NCBI GenBank assembly: GCA_963704755.1
Contig: OY969938.1
Location: 2,490,001-2,522,000 of the forward strand
Origin: an uncultured Chloroflexia bacterium
Lineage (GTDB): Bacteria > Chloroflexota > Anaerolineae > Anaerolineales > Anaerolineaceae
Reading direction: 5' to 3'
Length of the DNA stretch: 32,000 nucleotides
Part shown: positions 25,967-32,000 of the stretch, in pieces
How positions within the stretch are numbered: position 1 is the first letter of the stretch
Layout of the letters: the number at the start of each line of letters is the position of its first letter
Translations under genes and position numbers: made by a program
The notes under the pieces: generated by a model
The model's database searches: none
Told to the model about the DNA's origin: nothing
Seen by the model: the letters and a program-made list of their open reading frames with translations, nothing else

Positions 25967-28900
25967 GTGCCTCATTTCACCGAATCCACCATTGAGCAAG
26001 CCACCATCGATTGGCTCACCGGCCTGGGCTACGAATACGCCTTCGGCCCGGAGATCGCCTGCGATGGCGAGCACCCCGAGCGCCGCGATTACCTGGAAAC
26101 GATCCTGGTGGGGCGGTTGCAGAGCGCCATTGCGCGCATCAACCGCGAGCTGCCGGCCCAGGCCCAGGAAGAGGCGCTCTACAAGGTCACTCATCCGGGC
26201 AAACCCTCGCTGCTGCTCAACAACCACGCCTTCCATCACCTGTTGATCAACGGGGTGGAGGTGGAATACAAGCGCAGCAGTCCTGTGGACAAGAATGAGG
26301 ATGGACGTACGGTTAACGGGCGGGCCTACCTGGTGGATTTCAGCGACCCGGACAACAACGACTGGCTAGTGGTCAACCAGTACACGGTGGAGGCCGCCCA
26401 CCAGAACGGCGTGGTCAACCGCCGGCCGGACGTGGTCATCTTTCTCAACGGGCTGCCGCTGGCAGTCATCGAGCTCAAGAACGCTGCCGATGAAAACGCC
26501 ACCATCTGGTCGGCTTTCAACCAGTTACAGACCTACAAGAACGACATCCCAGCCCTGTTCCACACCAACGAGCTGCTGATCGTCTCGGACGGGCTGAACG
26601 CCCGCTTCGGTTCGTTGACCGCCAACAAGGAATGGTTCCTGCCCTGGAAGACTATCGAGGGCGAAGCCACCGCACCGGCATCCATATCCCAACTGGAAGT
26701 GCTGCTCCAGGGTATGTTCGAGAAGCGCCGCTTCCTCGACCTGATCCGCTACTTCATCGTCTTCGAGCAGGAACGCGGCGCGCCGACGATCAAGAAAATC
26801 GCCGGCTACCACCAGTTCCATGCCGTCAATTACGCGCTGACCGAAACCATCCGGGCCTCGTACGACAAGGCCGAAGCGGTCAAAGAGTTGAAAGGCACCT
26901 ACCTGGCCGAACCCATGCGCGGCGGGCAAAAAGGCGACCATCGCATCGGCGTCATCTGGCATACCCAGGGTTCGGGCAAGAGCCTGACGATGGTTTTCTA
27001 TGCCGGCCGGCTGGCCTTGCATCCCGCGATGGAAAACCCTACCATCGTGGTCATCACCGATCGCAACGACCTGGACGACCAGCTCTTCGGCACCTTCTCG
27101 CGCTGCGCCGAGGTACTGCGCCAGACTCCCGAGCAGGCCGCCAGCCGCGAAGACCTGATCGAAAAACTCAAAGGACGCCGGGCGGGCGGGGTCTTCTTCA
27201 CCACCATCCAGAAGTTTATGCCCACAGCCGAATTGGGCGGCCCGCTTTCGGAGCGGAGCAATATCATCGTCATTGCCGACGAAGCCCATCGCAGCCAGTA
27301 TGATTTCATCGATGGCTACGCCCGTCACATGCGCGACTCCCTGCCTAACGCCTCCTTCATCGGCTTTACCGGCACACCCATCGAGCACACCGACGCCAAC
27401 ACCCGTGCCGTGTTCGGCGACTACATCAGCATCTACGACATCCAGCAGGCGGTCGAGGACGGCGCCACGGTCAAGATCTATTACGAAAGCCGGCTGGCCA
27501 AATTGGAGCTGGACGAAGCCGAAAAGCCAAAGATCGACCCGGAATTCGACGAGGTGACCGAGGGCGAAGAGCTGGAAAAGAAGGAAAAGCTCAAGACCAG
27601 GTGGGCCGCGCTGGAGGCCATCGTCGGCACCGAGAAGCGCATCGACCTGATCGCCAGGGACGTGGTGGACCACTTCGAAAAGCGCCTGGAAGTGCTGGAC
27701 GGCAAGGCCATGATCGTGTGCATGTCGCGCCGCATCTGTGTCGATCTGTATAACGCCATCATCCGGCTTCGCCCTGGTTGGCACTCCCGCGATGACAAGC
27801 AGGGCGTGCTTAAGATCGTGATGACCGGCAATGCCACCGATCCGCTGGATTGGCAGCAGCACGTGCGCACCAAAGCCCGCCGTGAGGAGCTGGCTTTGCG
27901 CTTCAAGGACCCTGCCGACCCGTTCAAGATCGTCATCGTGCGCGACATGTGGCTGACCGGTTTCGACGTGCCGCCCCTGCACACCATGTATATCGACAAG
28001 CCCATGCAGGGCCACGGGCTGATGCAGGCCATCGCGCGGGTCAACCGCGTGTACAAAGATAAGCCCGGCGGCCTGATCGTGGATTACCTCGGCCTGGCCT
28101 ACCACCTGCAAAAAGCGCTGGCCACTTACACCGAAGCCGGTCACCCGGCCGAGACCCCCAACCAGGAAGAAGCGGTCAACGAGCTGCTCAAGCGCTACGA
28201 GATCTGCAAGGGGCTTTTCCACGGCTTCGATTGGTCGAAATACTTTTCCGGCACAGCCCAGGAACAGCTCGGCGTGCTGCCGATGGCAATGGAGCACATC
28301 CTCACCCTGGAGGACGGCAAGAAGCGCCTGCTGCAGGCTGTGCGCGAACTATCGCTGGCCTTTGCCCTGGCCGTCCCGGATGATCGCGCGCTGGCCATCC
28401 GCGACGACGTGGCCTTCTTCCAGGCCGTGCGCAGCGCCTTCGTCAAGTCCACGGTGGATGGCGAAAAGAGCGCCGAAGACCTGGACCAGGCTATCCGCCA
28501 GATCCTATCGCGAGCCGTCTCGGCCGGTGACCAGGTCATCGACATCTTCGCCGCCGCCGGCCTGAAAAAACCGGAAATATCTATCCTTTCGGACGAATTC
28601 CTGGCCGAAGTCAAAGGCATGCCGCAGAAGAACCTGGCCATCGAGCTGCTGCGCAAACTGCTCAACGACGAGCTCAAACAGCACATGAAAAAGAACCTGG
28701 TGCAGTCGCGCTCCTTCACCGAGATGCTCGAACGGACCATCCGTTCCTATCAGAACCGCACTATCGAGTTGGCCGAGGTGATCGCTGAGCTGATCAAGCT
28801 GGCCGAAGAGATGCGCGAAGCCCAAAAACGCGGCGAGCGGCTCAACCTCAGTGAGGACGAGATCGCCTTTTACGACGCGCTGGAAGTCAACGATAGCGCG

Positions 28901-29131
28901 GTCAAAGTGTTAGGCGACGAAACGCTCAAGATGATCGCCCAAGAGCTGGTAGAAACGGTGCGCAACAACGCCACCATCGACTGGACCGTGCGGGAGACGG
29001 TCCGCGCGCGGCTAAGATTGATGGTGAAACGGATACTGCGGAAGTACGGTTATCCGCCTGATAAGCAGGAGAAGGCCACCTATACCATCCTCGAGCAGGC
29101 CGAGGTTATCGCGAAGGATTGGGCGGGATGA
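25967..29131 (+). CDS. hsdR: type I restriction enzyme R subunit HsdR
   Basis: The N-terminus is [19 protein letters not shown]. Also present: [13 protein letters not shown] (Walker A), [10 protein letters not shown] (DEAH), GFTGTPI and QAIARVNR. A long helical C-terminal domain follows. Confidence 0.95.
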   Translation: MPHFTESTIEQATIDWLTGLGYEYAFGPEIACDGEHPERRDYLETILVGRLQSAIARINRELPAQAQEEALYKVTHPGKPSLLLNNHAFHHLLINGVEVEYKRSSPVDKNEDGRTVNGRAYLVDFSDPDNNDWLVVNQYTVEAAHQNGVVNRRPDVVIFLNGLPLAVIELKNAADENATIWSAFNQLQTYKNDIPALFHTNELLIVSDGLNARFGSLTANKEWFLPWKTIEGEATAPASISQLEVLLQGMFEKRRFLDLIRYFIVFEQERGAPTIKKIAGYHQFHAVNYALTETIRASYDKAEAVKELKGTYLAEPMRGGQKGDHRIGVIWHTQGSGKSLTMVFYAGRLALHPAMENPTIVVITDRNDLDDQLFGTFSRCAEVLRQTPEQAASREDLIEKLKGRRAGGVFFTTIQKFMPTAELGGPLSERSNIIVIADEAHRSQYDFIDGYARHMRDSLPNASFIGFTGTPIEHTDANTRAVFGDYISIYDIQQAVEDGATVKIYYESRLAKLELDEAEKPKIDPEFDEVTEGEELEKKEKLKTRWAALEAIVGTEKRIDLIARDVVDHFEKRLEVLDGKAMIVCMSRRICVDLYNAIIRLRPGWHSRDDKQGVLKIVMTGNATDPLDWQQHVRTKARREELALRFKDPADPFKIVIVRDMWLTGFDVPPLHTMYIDKPMQGHGLMQAIARVNRVYKDKPGGLIVDYLGLAYHLQKALATYTEAGHPAETPNQEEAVNELLKRYEICKGLFHGFDWSKYFSGTAQEQLGVLPMAMEHILTLEDGKKRLLQAVRELSLAFALAVPDDRALAIRDDVAFFQAVRSAFVKSTVDGEKSAEDLDQAIRQILSRAVSAGDQVIDIFAAAGLKKPEISILSDEFLAEVKGMPQKNLAIELLRKLLNDELKQHMKKNLVQSRSFTEMLERTIRSYQNRTIELAEVIAELIKLAEEMREAQKRGERLNLSEDEIAFYDALEVNDSAVKVLGDETLKMIAQELVETVRNNATIDWTVRETVRARLRLMVKRILRKYGYPPDKQEKATYTILEQAEVIAKDWAG

Positions 29132-29162
29132 GGATGATCTGGAATCACCTTCATCTGAGGGA

Positions 29163-29191
29163 TTGAATGCACGGAAATATGATGCTATAAT
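29163..29191 (+). promoter_or_regulatory. near-consensus sigma70-like promoter
   Basis: TTGAAT (29163-29168), a 17-nt spacer, then TATAAT (29186-29191). Confidence 0.35.
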
Positions 29192-29229
29192 AGCACTTAT
29201 ATACACGATTGGCTACTTGCCCATACCTT

Positions 29230-29265
29230 GGCCGGACCTTTTCCCTAGAAGGCTCGGCCTTTTTT
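29230..29265 (+). terminator. imperfect hairpin followed by T6
   Basis: GGCCGGACC (29230-29238) pairs with GGCTCGGCC (29251-29259), with one mismatch and one G-U pair. TTTTTT follows at 29260-29265. Confidence 0.35.
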
Positions 29266-29287
29266 GTTCCCGACCTGGAGGTGCAAC

Positions 29288-29689
29288 TTGATCAATGACG
29301 TTATTCTGGAAGGCATTGTGACCCGCGAGCCCTGGAAGTATACAGACGACCTGTTCTTTCGCCTGGCCACCTATCGCGATACGGACCTGCCCCCTAAACC
29401 GCTGGACGCCGAACATGACCAGGCAGACTACGTCAACGTGCGGGTCCGCGGCGGTGCAAATGGCTTGATGTCGATCCGGCGTGGTATGCGCCTGCGCGTG
29501 CACGGGTTCCTGCAAAGCCGTGATTTTCGCGAGTCGTTGAGCGATTTCCTGGGCAAAGCCCAAAAAGCCGGGACAAAACCGGAAATCGAGCTGGGTGAAA
29601 CCAACCCGGAACAGGTCCAGGTGGACCGCAACGTCACCGAGATCGTGGCCCGCCGCCTGATCGTGCTCGACAAAGGCGAAAAGAAATAA
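29288..29689 (+). CDS. SSB-like OB-fold protein lacking an acidic tail
   Basis: GGAGG lies 7 nt before TTG 29288. INDVILEGIVTREPW...FFRLA...YVNVRVRGGANGL...RGMRLRVHGFLQSRDF fits the SSB/PriB-type OB-fold pattern. There is no C-terminal DDIPF-type tip. Confidence 0.5.
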   Translation: MINDVILEGIVTREPWKYTDDLFFRLATYRDTDLPPKPLDAEHDQADYVNVRVRGGANGLMSIRRGMRLRVHGFLQSRDFRESLSDFLGKAQKAGTKPEIELGETNPEQVQVDRNVTEIVARRLIVLDKGEKK

Positions 29690-29738
29690 CGTCTCTGGTT
29701 CAATAGAATAACAACCGGCTGCCAGGCCGGGAACACGT

Positions 29739-29805
29739 GGAGGATCACAGGAAGCGGGACCATCCTTGAAGAGGATGGCCCCGGGAACTGTTGATCCTCT
29801 TTTTT
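29739..29805 (+). terminator. compound hairpin plus T6 after the SSB-like gene
   Basis: The outer stem pairs GGAGGATCA (29739-29747) with TGATCCTCT (29792-29800). The inner stem pairs CCATCC (29760-29765) with GGATGG (29773-29778). The T run is 29800-29805. Confidence 0.45.
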
Positions 29806-30042
29806 GTTAACCCGCACCTTAAAAAACAACCCGCAGGTTGGGTTCATAACATGGAGACGTACACGAAGCTGCCCGGTAGGGCAGCGCACCCAAGAGATGG
29901 AGAAGGCTCTCGATCTTTTCGGTGCGCTTCTCTGCTTCTGCAGAAAGACTGCACATCGTAGGCCGGTACATACACCTTGGCCAAATTCACATCCGTTGGA
30001 GTCCGATAAACAGGAGGTTCAAATGATCACATTGAAACATAC

Positions 30043-31251
30043 ATGCAACCGGTTTGTCACGGCCGGTCCGGAAAGGTAGGCGGGGCTATGGCAGCCAATT
30101 CACCAACCCCATTGACCGCCCAGGAGCAGCGCACGGAACGCGCACGCGAAGCGCTGCGGGCGAACACTTTCCGCATCGCCCCGATAGGTGCGGATACCTG
30201 GTCGGTAAAGAACGGCGACAAGGTGCCCTACACCGTCCGGCACGTGGAAAACAACTGGAACTGCACCTGCCCGGATTTCTCCCAATTCGGCCCGTCCATT
30301 CGCTGCAAGCACGTCGAAGCGGTGCGCATCATTCAGGAGGAAAACGGTAACAGTGTCCCTACTATTGAGCCACCCATAGGCAACGAGGCCGAAAATGATT
30401 CGGCCCGCATCCGCAATGAACTCAACAAACCACTGGATATGGCCCGCGTCAAGCGCCGCCAGGCTCCCGGCAAAGGGACGGTTCCTTACCTGGAAGGGTA
30501 CGAGATGATCCAGCGCGCCAACGAGATCTTCGCGTTTGGCTGGTCTTTCGACCTGCTGAAGGATCCCACCATTATCCGCTGGCAAAAGACGCAAACCCAA
30601 TACAGCCAACAGCAGCGTTGCAAAGTACCCGTCCTGGACGATCAGGGCCGGCCGCTGCTGGAAGAGGTCGGGATCGTCTGGATCACCGGGAAGGTCACGG
30701 TCGAGCTAGACGGCAGGCCGATCTGCCATGCCGACGTAGGGCGCTGCAGCTTCACCGGCGACACCCCCGAGGCGCTCGACATGGCCATCGCCGGCGCTGC
30801 TACGGATTGCCTGAAGCGCTGCCTGCGCCAGTTTGGCGACCAGTTTGGCCTGTCCCTTTACGACAGGGACGTGGCCCAGACGGCCGGGTTGGAGCGAGGT
30901 AATGGGCATGCGAATAGTCACGCGAGCAGCTCCCCCGGTGGGAATGGCGGTTCCACCGCCCAACCTGCCGGTCGAACGACCCGCCAGACTCCCCCGGCGA
31001 AGTCGTCTGCACCTACGAGCGCTTTCGAAGCGGGTAAAGTGATCTTCACCCTTAAGCCCAAGACTCGCCCCGAGCTGTCCGGAAAAACGCTGGCCGAATT
31101 GCAAAGGCAGGCCCCGGATATCCTGGCCTGGCTGGCCAGCGATTACACCCCCACATCCGAGACTCAGGCGTTGAAAGATGCCGCCCGGCTGTTGGTCCAA
31201 TCCAAAGCCCGGGAGGACAAGGTCATCGCCGATCTTGGTTTCCGCAACTGA
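30043..31251 (+). CDS. SWIM zinc-finger / Rad52-Rad22-type single-strand annealing protein fusion
   Basis: The SWIM motif is CTCPDFSQFGPSIRCKHVEAV (CxC-x11-CxH). The Rad52-like core runs VPYLEGYEMIQRANEIFAFGWSFDLL...GDTPEALDMAIAGAATDCLKRCLRQFGDQFGLSLYD. The start is uncertain (ATG 30043 or 30088). Confidence 0.75.
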   Translation: MQPVCHGRSGKVGGAMAANSPTPLTAQEQRTERAREALRANTFRIAPIGADTWSVKNGDKVPYTVRHVENNWNCTCPDFSQFGPSIRCKHVEAVRIIQEENGNSVPTIEPPIGNEAENDSARIRNELNKPLDMARVKRRQAPGKGTVPYLEGYEMIQRANEIFAFGWSFDLLKDPTIIRWQKTQTQYSQQQRCKVPVLDDQGRPLLEEVGIVWITGKVTVELDGRPICHADVGRCSFTGDTPEALDMAIAGAATDCLKRCLRQFGDQFGLSLYDRDVAQTAGLERGNGHANSHASSSPGGNGGSTAQPAGRTTRQTPPAKSSAPTSAFEAGKVIFTLKPKTRPELSGKTLAELQRQAPDILAWLASDYTPTSETQALKDAARLLVQSKAREDKVIADLGFRN

Positions 31252-31277
31252 CTTTTCAACACCCAAAGGAGCAAGAC

Positions 31278-31682
31278 ATGTATCACACGATCATCCTGGC
31301 CGGCAACCTGGGAAATGATCCGGTCATGCGCTATACCCCCAACGGACAGCCGGTGACCACATTTTCTGTGGCGACCAACCGCCAGCACAACCCGGCGGAT
31401 GGCAGCGGGCCGGTTAAAGAAACCACCTGGTTTCGCGTGACTACCTGGGGCAAGCAAGCCGAGGTCTGCAACGAGTACCTGCGCAAGGGTACCAAGATCC
31501 TGGTCGAAGGACGATTGACGCCTGACCCGGAAACGGGTGGGCCGCGCATTTTCAACCGGCAGGACGGGTCGGCCGGCGCTTCTTACGAAGTCACGGCCAC
31601 CACCGTGCGTTTTCTGTCCGCTAAACAGAACGACGAAACCAACAACCCGGCCGCCAATTCCACGGATGACATCCCTTTCTAA
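31278..31682 (+). CDS. ssb: single-stranded DNA-binding protein
   Basis: AAGGAG SD. The OB-fold reads IILAGNLGNDPVMRYTPNGQPVTTFSVATN...WFRVTTWGKQAEVCNEYLRKGTKILVEGRL. The acidic tip is DDIPF. Confidence 0.9.
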   Translation: MYHTIILAGNLGNDPVMRYTPNGQPVTTFSVATNRQHNPADGSGPVKETTWFRVTTWGKQAEVCNEYLRKGTKILVEGRLTPDPETGGPRIFNRQDGSAGASYEVTATTVRFLSAKQNDETNNPAANSTDDIPF

Positions 31683-31732
31683 ATAAACCATTCGCCGGGC
31701 CACCTGAAACGATAGCCGCAAAATACCCCGCG

Positions 31733-31767
31733 GGGGATGCCTTTCCCCTCGACGGGGAAGCATCCCC
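31733..31767 (+). terminator. GC-rich bulged hairpin after ssb (no T tract)
   Basis: GGGGATGC (31733-31740) pairs with GCATCCCC (31760-31767). TTCCCC (31743-31748) pairs with GGGGAA (31754-31759). The loop is 5 nt. Confidence 0.3.
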
Positions 31768-31785
31768 TCCAAAAAGGAGGTGGAT

Positions 31786-32000
31786 TTGGAAAAACAACTC
31801 TTAACAATACCTGCCGGCCTGGAAACCATTCCACACGTATCCATTGCCGGCTACGAATACCTGGTCGATTTTGGTCAATGCGCCAGACCTCGCTTTCACC
31901 GGGTGGATAAGGAGAAACGCTGCTCGTGTGGCGCCTCTTCCTGCCCGGCCATCGAGGCGGTGCGCGAGTATCTGCTGGGAGGGGGAGCACGTGCGCCAGA
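31786..32000 (+). CDS. partial ORF with a degenerate SWIM-like motif, running off the window
   Basis: AGGAGG (31775-31780) lies 5 nt before TTG 31786. The frame is open to nt 32000. ...KRCSCGASSCPAIEAVREYL echoes the CKHVEAVR of the upstream SWIM-Rad52 protein. Confidence 0.4.
   Translation, partial: MEKQLLTIPAGLETIPHVSIAGYEYLVDFGQCARPRFHRVDKEKRCSCGASSCPAIEAVREYLLGGGARAP

Noticed and set aside
26525-28297. 590-aa ORF on the minus strand
   Set aside because: It lies entirely antisense to hsdR, whose helicase motifs are unambiguous. It is a G+C-rich shadow ORF.
29428-30079. 153-aa minus-strand ORF (29428..29889) and 91-aa plus-strand ORF (29804..30079) in the gap between the SSB-like and Rad52-like genes
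   Set aside because: Neither has a motif or an SD at its listed start, and both have Arg/Pro-rich translations. The minus ORF overlaps the SSB-like gene and its terminator-like hairpin. Only the last 18 codons of the plus ORF have a real SD, and these are reported separately.
1-32000. Search by eye for CRISPR arrays, tRNA/rRNA genes, integrases, transposases and terminal inverted repeats at the island borders
   Set aside because: I saw no regularly spaced short repeats, cloverleaf-like segments, or recombinase-like ORFs. A tRNAscan or Infernal run would be needed to exclude small RNAs formally.

Overview
All calls come from reading the sequence and the ORF track by eye. No searches were run, and alignments and counts are manual.

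The window is a compositional mosaic, and every credible gene is on the + strand. The backbone is G+C-rich and carries three blocks:
- A Tad/Flp pilus operon (1-6835): tadZ/cpaE-like, tadA/cpaF, tadB, tadC, a membrane methyltransferase, tadV prepilin peptidase, an flp-like pilin, and TadE- and TadG-like pseudopilins.
- The hsdM and hsdR genes of a type I R-M system.
- A recombination module (29288-32000): an SSB-like OB-fold protein, a SWIM-Rad52 fusion, canonical SSB, and a SWIM-like partial ORF.

Two clearly A+T-rich accessory blocks interrupt this backbone.
- Block 1 (about 6823-18174) is flanked by 356-bp direct repeats and has no integrase. It encodes a membrane DUF4145/HEPN-like protein and two small ORFs. 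It also encodes a roughly 1840-aa DUF4011 / SF1-helicase / Vsr-like endonuclease / DUF3320 gene broken into three frames, followed by McrBC.
- Block 2 (about 20230-25966) sits inside the R-M operon. It holds the hsdM tail plus hsdS, a GxxExxY gene flanked by a duplicated hsdS 3' end, an Abi/UG-class reverse transcriptase, and a Cys-X5-Arg phosphatase coupled to a TIGR04141/DUF6119-like protein.

The phosphatase/TIGR04141-like pair, with or without the RT, is my best candidate for an undescribed defence system.

At least six single-nucleotide frame breaks are spread over both compositional classes. This pattern suggests assembly indel errors as much as pseudogenisation. I saw no rRNA, tRNA, CRISPR array, integrase or transposase.
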